Shown one piece after another: positions 31,401-43,296 of a stretch of DNA of 64,000 nucleotides. The notes beneath the pieces are model-generated. The model was not told the origin of the DNA, did no database searches, and saw only the letters and a list, made by a program, of their open reading frames with translations. The number at the start of each line of letters is the position of its first letter. The first letter of the stretch is position 1. The stretch is taken from the sequence record KU726251.1. The stretch is one strand, 5' to 3'. The position numbers were made by a program, and so were the translations under genes.

Positions 31401-34400
31401 GCGGGTGCCGCCAAACGGGTTACTGCGAACTTACCGACATTCCACGCAGCCTTACCTAAAAGACCTACTGGTTTTAACACGCCCCATTTCGTGATAGAAC
31501 CGAGTATATTACCCACAGTTCCCAAGATACTGACGATGGGACCGATGATAGGTAAGCTTTTCACCATATCCCACAGACCGCCAGATTTCCCTTTGGAGCC
31601 CTGCGCTTTCTCTTTCTTCTCCTTACGTTTCTCACGCCAACGTTTGAAGAAGTTAAAGTAATCGCGTTTTTCATCACCTTCAGGCGGCTTGTTACGTTTA
31701 CCGAACTTCGCAAACATGGTGCGAATAATGCCATCGTCACCACCTGCACGGGATACTGATTCGCGCATGGTGTTAAACCACGACATCTCTTGCAAGCCAA
31801 TCATTCGGTCCAAGCGTTCGAATAACCTTGCACTTGCAGACTTGGCAGCATTTTTCCCTTTGTTAATAACCCTCCCTGCTGCATCACGGGCGGTCTCAAG
31901 GTCTTCCTTCGCATCGCCGTAGACTTTACGGCCAGAAAGGCCACCTTTCGCGTTCAAATGGCTGCGATAAAACTCAGCAACGTCGTCATCACGTCCAGCC
32001 AACCGACGTTCAACTTCGTAACGTGTAGCAATGTCGTGTCGTGCTCCACGATATCCATCGAGCATATCCCCAGCCCGGCCTCGGAAACCACTGAACCAAC
32101 CACGCAGGCGGTCACGTCCACGACCAAAGAACGCTTTTGTTCTTGACCAACGTCCACCAAAACGTTCAGACAACGACGATTTCGCACGATTATACGCCCC
32201 GCGAACTGCACGGCCGATCGTACTACCACCGCCACCGACACCCTTCTCCATTTCTTCTGTCCAACTTTCGTCTTCCGGTTCGCCCGGTAAACGTTGGTTC
32301 AACAGTTTATAGATACGGATAAGGATGTGGTTGGTTTTCTTGCCGGTTGATGAGAAGAGACTGAAACCACCACCCCCACCATCTTTACGGCCTTTCCACC
32401 AACGCGTCAGTGGGTTGTCGGTAATCATGTCTTTCAGACGGTCGACACCACGTTTCGCAAAACCGAGCACTTTACCCGGTAAGCTCGTTACGCGGTTGAA
32501 CGCTTTCTGGAGACGTGTCTTTTCTTCGCCTTCCGGAATCTCGTTCAGCCAGTCCTTAATCTTACCAACGATGCTGCCTGCTTTCGGTGACAGGAAATCC
32601 AGGAACCGCTTCGGTAGCTTAGCCACCTTATTAAAGCCTAAGCCAATCTTACTGGCCAGACCTTGGGTCAGTGCTTGGATTTTCCCGCCTTTATAGTAGC
32701 GGAGTTTACCCGCAGCGGCTAAGTCAGCGGCTGCTAATACCAGATTACCTGCGGAGTCAACAATATCACTCCCCAGTTTGATGTCGTCCAGCGTTTTCAG
32801 CTGAACCATTTTACCATCAATGACCTGATAGTATTCTCCAGCTTCCAGACGTGCACCTTGCAGAACAACATTACCGTGGTCATCGTAAACGTCGCGGATA
32901 CCCAGCAATCCTTTACCGAAAGAGCTTACCGCTTCAAAGCCCCCACGGACACTACCGCTGATAAGGCCACGCATCCGGGTTAAGAAACCAGGACCTTCTC
33001 CGCCGCCCATCCCCGCGATTTTACCGCGCGCCCAGCCACCGAACTGATTCAGTTTATTCCAGGCACCTTTAACACCACGTTTTGCAAAGCCACCGATTCC
33101 TGCTGCAGTGTCGAACAACACACCGCCCCAACGACGAATAAGCCCATCCTCACCGATGATAATACGGCGGCGTTTACCGCCACCGCTACCACCACCAGGA
33201 CGAGGTGGTCCCATCTCTTCGTCACCAGAACCAGCACCCCCTGCTAACGAAGCCAGGAGAACCCCTTCTTCGTCCATACTTCTGACGTGTTCCAGAATTT
33301 TCTGGAGGGTGTCACTGTTGTTATTACCCCGAATCGCTTCGATGATGCCGTCAAAGTTATTCCGTGGTGCTTCTTCGCCGCGGTTACGTTGACTCAACAA
33401 TTCAACAAAGTTAGTCGAGGTTTCACCGTAGAGAACTGCGGCTAACTGCCGAGGCGACATTCCGCGGCCTTTACCACCGCCACGTAAAGCCGGCGGCAAC
33501 GACGTGTCATCGACACCACCATTTGCCCCTTGGTTCATCCGGCGCAAGTAGTCGCCTAACGCTGAACCGTTTTGCAGTTTACGTTGAATCTCCTGGTCAC
33601 GAGTCAGTGCACGACCACTGCGTGTCTTACCCATCGCCAAGTCATTAAACAAGGTGTAGGGATCGGAGAGGTCTTTATCTACGCCGAAGGTGTCACTCTT
33701 TGCGTCGTAGTTGAATATACCTGCATCACGCAGCGCACGTTCGCCGTAAATGTTCACCGCTTCGTCAATAACTGCCTGACGCTGGGTGATAGACGATTGT
33801 ACTGTGGAGATTTTACGAGCCAGTTCGTTACTTAATTCGTTACTACCACCGGTTAGGCTATCAGAATGCCCCTGTAACGCTTCCTTAATGCGTTCTGCGG
33901 AGTTTCCTGGCATATACCGATGAAGATGCATCGGGTCTTTCAGAATCGCTTCTACGTCGAATGCGCGGCCCTGCGAGGCTCGCGACTCGATATAGTCGGC
34001 GAGATGCTGTCGATCCTTCTGCGAGAGCGTTTTGCCGCGGTCAACAAAATCCACAGTGCTGTTAATGGAATTTTGGAGACGCAGGCGTTGTTCATCGTTT
34101 GCAACCGCCTTGCGTACGCGGTTACCGACCACTTTACGGTCTACGAACCCACGACTAGTGATGTCGTATTCCAGGTCGGCATGTTCGCCATAACCCCGAC
34201 GAACAGATTTGTTAATCTCTGCCAGCCAGGCAGGAATAACTTCAACCAGGCTAAGATATGCTTTACGGTCAAATTTCGCCGAACGGCTTAACGTTTCGCC
34301 ATTACGTTCGTCAAGGAAGGCTTTCTCACGGTTTAACGGTTGGACAATACCGAGTTCATTCAGCACCCGGAACAAATCCGCCAACGGTCCTTGCGTTTCG

Positions 34401-35607
34401 CCTGCGATGGCTGAGTTCGAGATGGAGGAAAGATTACCAAAGGTGAACGCGCCCTTCTGCAGGCGTTTCATGACCTCTGGATTTTTCTCCATCTCCTCGC
34501 GAGTCCATTTCTGGAGTTTCTCGATTTGTGGACCGAGTAGTTTCTTCGCAAGGAATCCGCTACCCCATGCAGTTGCTTTATCGCGAGCATTTGTTTTGCG
34601 ACGTTCAGCAGTCAACGAAGAGCTATCGCTCATGCCGAAATCATCTTCAACGCCCATGCCGAGAACAGATTCTAACAAACCGCGACCTTCGCCAAATATA
34701 CCAGAAATTTTCTTCTTGGTATTTTCGCGAATCATGTCCATAAACCCGTCAGCATACCGCAACGGGTTCATCCATTCCGCAGCCTGGCGTTTAACGTTCG
34801 CCCAACGGACTTCTGAGAAATCTTCCTTCGCGTAATCCGGCAATGCCGTGTTCTTCACGATGGCTTCTAAAGCAGGCGTATTACGATCGAACTCCGACTG
34901 CTTCATCTTCACGATGTCTTGGATGGCAAACAGGGTACGGTATTGCAGTTCGAGTTTCTTACGCTCGATGTTTAAGAATACCCCGCGGCTTAACCCGGTT
35001 AGCAGGTTAATGTCTTTCGCCATCCCAATCATGGTTTGGTGCATTGCATCCGCACGCATCTCTTTGATGCTGTCGCGGAGCTTATCCTCTACCATGCTGT
35101 CCTGCAGCTGACGTTGTTCTTCGGCGTCCTTTGGCACACCTGAGAAAACGTCGCCCAGTTCACGATCCATCAACGCCTGATTAGGATCGTAATTTTGGTA
35201 ATCCAACTGGTCAGATTTTGACCACTTGTCGAAGCGCTTAGTAACTGCATCCGGCAAGTATTTCTTCATCGTCGGACCGAGTTGGCGTGCTTGCATCTTC
35301 AGCGTGCGCTCGGTCTTCTCAAGCTCCCCTTTCGTATGGGCGTAAATGTCCTTTGCTGCAGCTGCCGCTGACTGATAGCCTCGTATGCATCAGCTGCCGG
35401 CTTAGGCATCCCCTTGAGGATAACTTGGTCACGTTTCCCTTCTGGCCAGATAGTTGACAACGCCGACTTCCTGGCAACATTCAGGGTACTGAGTATCGGG
35501 CTTCGTTTTTTCTCGTCTTTGGGACGGGGTGGTTCACCGAAATCATCCCAGTCGTCGAGTCTATCTAAATCGATATCATCGAAACCGTCTTTGCCTCTTT
35601 TTGCCAT
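28488..35607 (-). CDS. Tail tape measure protein with C-terminal lytic transglycosylase domain; apparent frameshifts at ~35380 and ~28946
   Basis: About 2,370 codons once ORFs 35299..35607, 28922..35296 and 28488..28826 are joined; SLT motif MAKAESGFN...ASGLFQFVDGTW; Gly/Lys/Arg-rich helical body. Confidence 0.88.
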
Positions 35608-35636
35608 AATGTTTCTTCCAATTCAGGAGCTTAAAA

Positions 35637-37250
35637 GTGAGAAAGCTAAACTGGGTTGACTTTTACTTGTTAAACGTCAACAAGTCCCTGGTGTCGCATT
35701 TAAAACCAGTTACAACAACAGACACCTTTCAGGGACTGACGAAAAACTTTCACCCTGAAGGACTGTATTCAACTGAAATATTTGGCCTCACAGGGAGCGA
35801 GGCACGAGACTCAACGTTCTCGTACATTGATATCAAACTGGATATCATTTCGCCGACCGTTTGTTTGGCGTTGTTCCAGCTGAAACAGCTGTACGAAGAA
35901 ATCTGTTCCGGGAAGCGATTCGCTATCTGGAATGAGAAAGAAAAAGATTTCGAGCCGGCTCTGCCCAGTGATAAAGGTGCAGACACCGGCTTCAACTTCT
36001 TCCTACGCTACTACGAACAACTGACGCCAGGACGCAACGAATCAATGCGTCGCGACGAGACAGTCGATTTCTTCAATAAGTTCCGTCCGGTCAGTCTCAG
36101 CCGCTATGTGCTGGTTCTGCCTGCGGGATTACGTGATTTGGTCATTCGTCAGGATGGCCGCGACCAAGAAGAAGAGATTGGCGGACTCTACCGCCGTCTG
36201 ATTTCTCTGGCACGTGCAATCCCCGACCGCAGTACGCGAACGGAACTGACTGACCCGGTTCGCTGGAAGCTCCAACAAACCTTTAATGACATCTGGATGT
36301 ACTTTTTCAACATCCAAGACGGTAAAGGTGGTTTTGCACGTCGTAAAGTGACGTCACGTAAGTTAATGAACGGTACGCGTAACGTACTGTCTTCATTCTC
36401 AACCGGTTCCAAGGTCATGGGTCGCGAAGATGCGATTCGTCCAACGGATACCCGTATCGGTTTGTACCAAACCCTGAAGGCATTACTGCCTGTGGCTCAA
36501 TACCACATCCGTGAACGTTACCTCAGTAACATCCGGGCAGGGGACGGCAACTTATACGGCGTTAACACCAAAACACTCAAGCGTGAGTTCCTGGAAGTCT
36601 CCGGGCGGGTGTATGACCTTTTCACTACCGACGATGGCATCGAAACACTCATCAACAGAATGGAAGCGCGCGAGCTTCGACATAAACCGCTGATGATTGA
36701 TCCGGACCATTACGTGGCATTAATCTACCAAGACAAACGCAGCTTCAAAATCTTTTACGATATTGAAGACCTGCCGGAAGGACGTGACCGTAAGCTTGTC
36801 CGCGGACTGAGCTTAGCAGAACTCCTCTATTTGTCAGGTTACGATATTTGGAATGACTACTTCTCGTTCATCACGCGTTATCCGGTTACGGGACGCGGTT
36901 CGACTTACTCCTCGACCATAAGATTGGAGACCACCACCTCTTCCCTCTATTTGCATGAACTGGAAGACGATTGGGTCACGTTAAAAGAGAAGGGTGCAAT
37001 TAGCTTCCCTGACCGTACCGTGAAAACCTTTGTGGAATCCATGGCACCACATCCATCCCGATTAGGTGGATTGGGTGGTGACTACGATGGTGACACCGGC
37101 TCAGCAAACTGCCCGATGTCAACCGAAGCGCTCGAGGAAAATCGGAAGTGGGTCAGTTCGAAAAACTACTGGTTTGCAACAGACGGCAGTTTCAAAATCA
37201 ATCCGGTTAACAACGTGATTAAAAGAACGACTGCTGCGCTGTTGAAATGA
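35637..37250 (+). CDS. Virion RNA polymerase beta' subunit, N-terminal/catalytic part
   Basis: GLYSTEIFG, LPAGLRD, catalytic GGDYDGD. Confidence 0.92.
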   Translation: MRKLNWVDFYLLNVNKSLVSHLKPVTTTDTFQGLTKNFHPEGLYSTEIFGLTGSEARDSTFSYIDIKLDIISPTVCLALFQLKQLYEEICSGKRFAIWNEKEKDFEPALPSDKGADTGFNFFLRYYEQLTPGRNESMRRDETVDFFNKFRPVSLSRYVLVLPAGLRDLVIRQDGRDQEEEIGGLYRRLISLARAIPDRSTRTELTDPVRWKLQQTFNDIWMYFFNIQDGKGGFARRKVTSRKLMNGTRNVLSSFSTGSKVMGREDAIRPTDTRIGLYQTLKALLPVAQYHIRERYLSNIRAGDGNLYGVNTKTLKREFLEVSGRVYDLFTTDDGIETLINRMEARELRHKPLMIDPDHYVALIYQDKRSFKIFYDIEDLPEGRDRKLVRGLSLAELLYLSGYDIWNDYFSFITRYPVTGRGSTYSSTIRLETTTSSLYLHELEDDWVTLKEKGAISFPDRTVKTFVESMAPHPSRLGGLGGDYDGDTGSANCPMSTEALEENRKWVSSKNYWFATDGSFKINPVNNVIKRTTAALLK

Positions 37251-37268
37251 TACCCATAAGGCACATGT

Positions 37269-40200
37269 ATGATTTTTCTGAAACAGTTTAACCAGCGCTT
37301 TACCGTGCGCAAGACCGATGAGTTCGGTCGCCCGCGTATTATCCCGCTGGAGAAGCTCCAGCTCCCACGTGGTTCTATCTACCACACCATCGATTTAGAC
37401 CAGGTGGTTTTAGCGCCACCGTTAACTACACCGTGTTTTGGCCAGCTGGAAAAACCGGCGATGATTCGCCATCACTTCCAGCTACCTGAAGACGGCATTA
37501 TTGGCCATCCGCGTAAGAAACCTGTTGTTGGCCAAGAACGTCAAATCTTCCAGTACCATCGTAACAACCGTCGTATTCGTCGCATGATTGAAGACGGCGT
37601 GGTACGTTCCGATCCAAAAGTGCTGCTCATCGAAAACTACACCCCGATGCTGCCGCATTATTTCTACCCTGATACTCTGATGTCCTGGTACGAACGTCTG
37701 CACAACATTCAGCTGCTGATAACTAACCAGATGAAAACTGACTCACGTGAGTACATGCGTCAGAACTACTACATCATCGAACTGGGTAACGTACTGCCTT
37801 CTTTCGATCGTTTTAAAATGACGTATAACGATCGTGTTAAAACCAAACTGGAGCGCTTTAAGGACTTTAATCTCCTGTGGTTACTGGAACTGTTCGGTTG
37901 GGCTTACGGCGATCAGCAAGCAACCCTGTTTGACGGTATGGACATGAACCAGCTGTCACGTGTGAACTTTATCTTCACGCACAACGGTGGTTTTACATCC
38001 ATGAACATGGGTGTAATTGAAAGAATGCGTAAGTCTGCCGGTGGTCGTTTGACTGACGTACAAATGGGTAGAATGTTCTACCGTACGTTGACTACCGTGA
38101 TGACCGTACCGCCGTCTACTGACTACGAAGATGATAAGTTCGTTACACCGGAAGGTGACGAGCGTGTCCATCTGGGTGAGGACGACGATGCTGTTGATAC
38201 CGTTGCCAATAAGCCGGAAGAAACCCTCGATATCGTCGATGACGAAGCAACACAAGGCGACAACGTTGACGATACATTGAACGATCATGAGTTCGATGAG
38301 AAAGAAGATCTGGTCATCGAAGCACCGAAAGAAGATGTCAAACCAACCACCATCGTCGTAGAACGCACCATCCCACACGATGCTGTGATTAAACAGGAAG
38401 TTGAGCGCCTGGCAGAAGCGGGCCGCGTCACCGCCAAAGCGTATCAGTTCCTGAACGAATCTTCTAAACGTTTCGTAAACTTACCCAACCCGTACAATCC
38501 TAAAGAGACGTACGGCGAAGGTCTGACCATCGATCCGAAGAAACTCGAAGTTAAAGCCGAGCCTAAGAAGATTGAACGCTTAGTTACGGATGAAGCCTGG
38601 GCGGAAAATACCACCGACCAAATCATTCGTCAGTACAACCAGGAAATCTTCCCGAAAGATGTTCTGGGTGCAGTGGCGTCATCTCAGCGTCTCGGTTTGG
38701 CGATTCACAATCACACTGTTGAGAAAGAGATTTCCGTTACCGGGAATATCGAACACCACACGTTGCGTATTCAGCCGATTGGCGGAGAACCAACCACGGT
38801 ACGTTTCTCAATTCCTGCATTAACCGAAGACGGTACTTGGGTTGCAAATGGTGTGGAATATACAATGCGTCGTCAGCGCGTCGATGTTCCTATCCGTAAA
38901 GTGTCCCACGATACTGTAGCGTTAACCACTGCCTACGGGAAGAACTTTGTCCGTCGCAGCGATAAAGTCGTCAATGATTACGGACGTTGGCTCACTAACG
39001 CGATTATTACTCGTGCAGTCGATCCAAAGAACACCGAAATCACTGATGCAAAACTGGCGAATGTGTTCGATCCGCTGTCTAAACTGCCGCGTCAATATAC
39101 CGAAGTAGCGCGTCGTGTAGCAACGTTCAACGCAATTGGGTACCAATGGAACTTTGACATTAAACAGAAAGCGGTATTCTTTAACGAAGGGCAACTGGCA
39201 GATGCGGACCGTGTCGAGCTGGTACCTGTGGCGAAGAAACCGCGGAGTCATGTCATCGTCGGTATGGATAAAAACTCCCAGCTCTATCGAGTGGATAAGG
39301 ATAAGACCGAACCACTGGGTACACTCGCCGAAGTCTTTGGCGTGGACACCGCTAAGGCTCCACGTGAAATGACTGAATTGTCACTGATGGGTAAATCAAT
39401 CTCGCTGGGCTTTGTGTTTGCGTACTATCTCGGATTAACCGGGATGTTGAAACACTTCGGTATCAGTTACGAGGTTCTCTCTGTCGGACAACGTATCGAT
39501 AAAGGTCAGTTCGACTCCATTATTCGTCTCCAGGATGCGAAAATTGCAATTGTCTGCGAGAACGATCAACAGAGGATGATTGTCAACGGCTTAGACCGTT
39601 ACATTAAACACTTTACCACGTATACCGAGTCGGAAGTTGACCGGGAAGACATTTACCTGAACCTGTTACGCGATGCAGATGGGCTAACACCACGCTACAT
39701 CAAAGAGCTGAAGCTGATGCGGACCGCATTTGTTGACGACATGCACGCGCGTATCCTCAGGAAAATGGGCGAGCCGGAAACCTTTATCGGCTTACTGGAG
39801 CGTTCTAACGAACTGCTGCAGACGGACCACACGTTACCGGAAATTAACGGTGACGAAATGATGTTCATCGGGAACCAACGTATTTCGTATCACATCTACA
39901 CCGCGATGGTGCGGGCGATGCGTAACTACAACAACGCGCCTAACTCGAATCGTAAGTTTGAGTTGACGCAGGACATGGTGTGGGGTGCAATTAACTCCGA
40001 CCCGTCTGTTTTGCTGGCACCTGGCGCAAACCCGGTACAGAACATCAAAGAAAAGGATGTCGTTACCATGGGCGGTACAGGCGGTCGTAACCGCAAAACC
40101 ATGGTCTACAGTACCCGTGAATTCCAACCGAGCGACCTGGGGATTGTCTCCGGTAACACGGTCGATAACGGCGACGTAGGTATCACCGCCTTTGCAACAA

Positions 40201-41474
40201 ACAACCCGCGTTACGATACCGTGGACGGCACGACCTTTAAAAAGGACCTCGATAAACTGAAGCCGGGTGAGGCGCTGTCGTTTATTGATGGCTTGGTGCC
40301 GGATACCCTGATGGACGATGCTAAGCGTCAGAACTTCGTTGGGATTCAATTCGGTTCTGCGACCAGTTGTGTTGGCGCAACCACCACACCGTATCGTACC
40401 GAGCAAGAAAAGTTCGTGGCACACCGTACTTCTGTGAAGCACGCACGCGTAATCGATAAACCTGGCAAGATTGTGGAGGTTCTTAACGACCACGTTAAAA
40501 TCAAATACGACGACGGGGAGGAAGAAGCTTTCCCACTGGGCCGTTGGTTCGGTCCGCACGAAGGGACTTACTACCCACACACCCTGGTAACGAAATGGAA
40601 GCGAGGAGATAAACTCCCTGCCGGTGCCGTTATCACGTACAACGAACAACACTTTGAACCAGACATCTATGATCCAACGCAGGTCAGTTTTAAAAACGGG
40701 ATACTGGCAACTGTCGCTTTGATTGAAGGGGAAGAAGTAATTGAGGACTCCAACGCCATTAGTGAGCGGTTCGCTGCTAAGGCCGAAGCCGATGTTACCA
40801 AACTCAAAGAAGTCACAATGACATTCACTCAGAACCTGTTGGAGATGGTAAAAGAAGGGGACCACGTAGACGTGGATTCAATTCTATGCACCTTCACCGA
40901 CAACCTGACTGGCGATATGAGCGGGTTCAGTAAAGAAGCAGCGGAGACGCTGCGTGAGTTAAGCTCCTTTGCACCACGCTCTGGTGTTCGTGGGTTTATC
41001 GACAAAATCGAAGTGGTTTACCACGGCGAGTTGGAAGATATGACCCCGTCTTTGGCGGAGATGGTTCGTAAATACGACCGTATACGTCGGAAGACTGCGC
41101 TGGCTCTTAAACGTGACGAGCCGAAGGACGGTCGAGTCAACGGTGATTTTCGTGTTGAGGGGGTGCCGTTAGCGTACAATAGCCTGTGTGTCCGATTCTA
41201 CATCACACACCGGGTAGAGATGGCAGCAGCGGATAAGATGGTTATTGCTAACCAGCTGAAAACGACGGTTCAGGAAGTGATGTATGGAACCAACAAAACG
41301 GAAGACGGGCAGGAACTCGACATTATCTTTGGTCGTGATTCCGTCGACGCACGTATCGTAGGTTCTATCATGCGCATCGGAACCACCAACGCTGTCGGGT
41401 ATCGTGGTGGGGAGAACATCGGACGCATCTTAGATGGTGAAGACGTCCCAGCCTTGCCGGCTAAAATCAACTAA
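37269..41474 (+). CDS. Virion RNA polymerase beta subunit, large N-terminal part
   Basis: MGGTGGR, GLVPDTLMDDAKRQNF, EDSNAIS, DKMVIANQLKTTV, DIIFG...ARIVG, all RpoB-like. Confidence 0.92.
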   Translation: MIFLKQFNQRFTVRKTDEFGRPRIIPLEKLQLPRGSIYHTIDLDQVVLAPPLTTPCFGQLEKPAMIRHHFQLPEDGIIGHPRKKPVVGQERQIFQYHRNNRRIRRMIEDGVVRSDPKVLLIENYTPMLPHYFYPDTLMSWYERLHNIQLLITNQMKTDSREYMRQNYYIIELGNVLPSFDRFKMTYNDRVKTKLERFKDFNLLWLLELFGWAYGDQQATLFDGMDMNQLSRVNFIFTHNGGFTSMNMGVIERMRKSAGGRLTDVQMGRMFYRTLTTVMTVPPSTDYEDDKFVTPEGDERVHLGEDDDAVDTVANKPEETLDIVDDEATQGDNVDDTLNDHEFDEKEDLVIEAPKEDVKPTTIVVERTIPHDAVIKQEVERLAEAGRVTAKAYQFLNESSKRFVNLPNPYNPKETYGEGLTIDPKKLEVKAEPKKIERLVTDEAWAENTTDQIIRQYNQEIFPKDVLGAVASSQRLGLAIHNHTVEKEISVTGNIEHHTLRIQPIGGEPTTVRFSIPALTEDGTWVANGVEYTMRRQRVDVPIRKVSHDTVALTTAYGKNFVRRSDKVVNDYGRWLTNAIITRAVDPKNTEITDAKLANVFDPLSKLPRQYTEVARRVATFNAIGYQWNFDIKQKAVFFNEGQLADADRVELVPVAKKPRSHVIVGMDKNSQLYRVDKDKTEPLGTLAEVFGVDTAKAPREMTELSLMGKSISLGFVFAYYLGLTGMLKHFGISYEVLSVGQRIDKGQFDSIIRLQDAKIAIVCENDQQRMIVNGLDRYIKHFTTYTESEVDREDIYLNLLRDADGLTPRYIKELKLMRTAFVDDMHARILRKMGEPETFIGLLERSNELLQTDHTLPEINGDEMMFIGNQRISYHIYTAMVRAMRNYNNAPNSNRKFELTQDMVWGAINSDPSVLLAPGANPVQNIKEKDVVTMGGTGGRNRKTMVYSTREFQPSDLGIVSGNTVDNGDVGITAFATNNPRYDTVDGTTFKKDLDKLKPGEALSFIDGLVPDTLMDDAKRQNFVGIQFGSATSCVGATTTPYRTEQEKFVAHRTSVKHARVIDKPGKIVEVLNDHVKIKYDDGEEEAFPLGRWFGPHEGTYYPHTLVTKWKRGDKLPAGAVITYNEQHFEPDIYDPTQVSFKNGILATVALIEGEEVIEDSNAISERFAAKAEADVTKLKEVTMTFTQNLLEMVKEGDHVDVDSILCTFTDNLTGDMSGFSKEAAETLRELSSFAPRSGVRGFIDKIEVVYHGELEDMTPSLAEMVRKYDRIRRKTALALKRDEPKDGRVNGDFRVEGVPLAYNSLCVRFYITHRVEMAAADKMVIANQLKTTVQEVMYGTNKTEDGQELDIIFGRDSVDARIVGSIMRIGTTNAVGYRGGENIGRILDGEDVPALPAKIN

Positions 41475-41478
41475 TGTA

Positions 41479-41497
41479 GGGCGGGTCGCTCCCGCCC
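41479..41497 (+). other. GC-rich hairpin without U-tract
   Basis: GGGCGGG-TCGCT-CCCGCCC just after the RNAP beta stop codon. Confidence 0.6.
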
Positions 41498-41521
41498 GGT
41501 AAATAAACTCCGGAGTTAATA

Positions 41522-41815
41522 ATGGGAATTTTAGATACGCTCAAGCAGCAGCATGGGATTCCGGTGGGTCGTAATAGCACGAATCCGGAAACGGAAGGTT
41601 ATTCCCCACAGCAACGCATGAACTTTGTTGTTCTGGGCAATGCGGTTGAATTGGCCACCGAAATTATTCACGGACTGCTGAAGGGCAGCAATGGCCTGTC
41701 TGACCGCATGGGCGATCAGCGTTTGCTGAAACGAGACATCGCTGATATGGTGGGTGCGCGCATTACTGGTCGCATCCAGGATTCCATCAGCACCAAAAAC
41801 GGGGGTCAGGCATGA
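41522..41815 (+). CDS. Hypothetical protein
   Basis: 97-aa ORF with RBS GGAG. Confidence 0.7.
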   Translation: MGILDTLKQQHGIPVGRNSTNPETEGYSPQQRMNFVVLGNAVELATEIIHGLLKGSNGLSDRMGDQRLLKRDIADMVGARITGRIQDSISTKNGGQA

Positions 41816-43287
41816 TCAACTTATATTCACTTAATGCTGTCACCAACGCAATGAAACTGGCGAAACAACACCAGATTCGTTTGGAAGCTGACGTTGACAG
41901 TCCTGTTGGTCTACTGACAAAAGCGACTACGCAGCAGAGCGTTTTCGATACGCAGATAACTGACGAAGAGTTCTTCCAGTCTCTGCCGGATATTACTGCA
42001 CTGAAAACGCCGCAAGCTGGCACGGGCGAAGCGTCTGTAATCGCGGATACGGCAGCGGGTCCAGAAACGCTGAACGTCGAAGACCACGAACCAACGCTGT
42101 TTGAACTGAAGCGCATGGCCATCCAGCGTTGTCAGGGTATGCTTGACTTTGCCCGTAACGTTATTCAGCCGTTTGTTCAGCTGGTCATCCAAAACAACCA
42201 GGGTATTGAAAACCAGGCAGTTAGCGAAGAGTGGGCACTCGTACCTGCAGGTATGGACCCGGCGTTGAACTCCCCGGTGGTACAGGCATTAATTGATTCG
42301 GTAGAGAACCCGCTGGGTAACGGTACCACACATCCCGCAGTTAAAGCTAACGTCCCTGCTGATATCGAACTGCCAGAAACCGGCAGCAAAGCTTACGACG
42401 ATCTGGTTAAAGAACTGCTGAATGCTCTGGGTTGGAGTATCAACGAAGCCGTTCGCACCATGCTCGAAGGGAACATGCTCTCTCCGGTAAGCGATCAGGC
42501 ACCACACAACCTGAAACGCAACATTCTGTTTATGTTGCTTTCTGGCTACTACCTGGAAATGCCGTGGAAAGACTCTGGTCTGAATAGCGGGCAGTGGAAA
42601 GCACAGATGCTGCCATTGCATTACAGCTATATCGGCTGGGTTTACGCCTACACCCAGAACATCGTTACACGCATCAAGACCGGTAACATTGTCTTCGGAT
42701 ACGACAACGTTGAGAAGAAAGTGTATATCTGTCAGGAAGTGATGGACGACTATCTGGAAAAAGGCGGTAGCGTTGAAGCGTTACTGGGCGCTATTTACCA
42801 ACTGGACGAAGGTGACACCAATGTCTCCACGCGTGTAGCTTCACTGTTGGAAAAACAGAAAGACTACATCGCTGCCTGGAGCCACCGTTCCGCGATTCAG
42901 CGTGCTAAGCTCGATAGCAATTGGGTAACACGCAATCGCCAGTCACTGAAACAAGCGTTTAACGTGGCCATCGATGCAACCGATCCTGAACTGTTCTGGC
43001 GTGGAGAAGACGGTCAGGTAGCAACGCCAGAACTCATTAAGCGTTCGACGGCGAGCTTCATCGACGCGTTCTTCACCACCGACACCACCGACATCACAGA
43101 GTTCGTTATCAAAGTCTCAGCAACCGAAGTCTTTGGTGAGTACGAGCTGTCCAAGCTGATGCTGGATATTCATCGTGGTATGATTGCTAACCGTCAACCT
43201 GACGAGGTAGCGACCGACTGGATGATTAACTACGTTCTGGATTGGATTTGTGGCGGTGTGGTTATTTCTGTACCGAGCAAAGTTTAA
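41812..43287 (+). CDS. Putative head/virion protein
   Basis: 491 aa, in the RNAP-protease operon; role from synteny. Confidence 0.55.
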   Translation: MINLYSLNAVTNAMKLAKQHQIRLEADVDSPVGLLTKATTQQSVFDTQITDEEFFQSLPDITALKTPQAGTGEASVIADTAAGPETLNVEDHEPTLFELKRMAIQRCQGMLDFARNVIQPFVQLVIQNNQGIENQAVSEEWALVPAGMDPALNSPVVQALIDSVENPLGNGTTHPAVKANVPADIELPETGSKAYDDLVKELLNALGWSINEAVRTMLEGNMLSPVSDQAPHNLKRNILFMLLSGYYLEMPWKDSGLNSGQWKAQMLPLHYSYIGWVYAYTQNIVTRIKTGNIVFGYDNVEKKVYICQEVMDDYLEKGGSVEALLGAIYQLDEGDTNVSTRVASLLEKQKDYIAAWSHRSAIQRAKLDSNWVTRNRQSLKQAFNVAIDATDPELFWRGEDGQVATPELIKRSTASFIDAFFTTDTTDITEFVIKVSATEVFGEYELSKLMLDIHRGMIANRQPDEVATDWMINYVLDWICGGVVISVPSKV

Positions 43288-43296
43288 TAAAGAGAG

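Noticed and set aside
28922-35607. Programmed ribosomal frameshifting in the tape measure gene
   Set aside because: No slippery heptamer at either break, and the same one-base-deletion pattern recurs at about ten unrelated sites, so sequencing error is more parsimonious
39834-40865. 343-aa antisense ORF within the RNAP beta gene (also 49920..50750, 51657..52307 and many shorter shadow ORFs)
   Set aside because: These lie opposite well-supported genes, have no RBS or recognisable motifs, and are an expected by-product of codon bias
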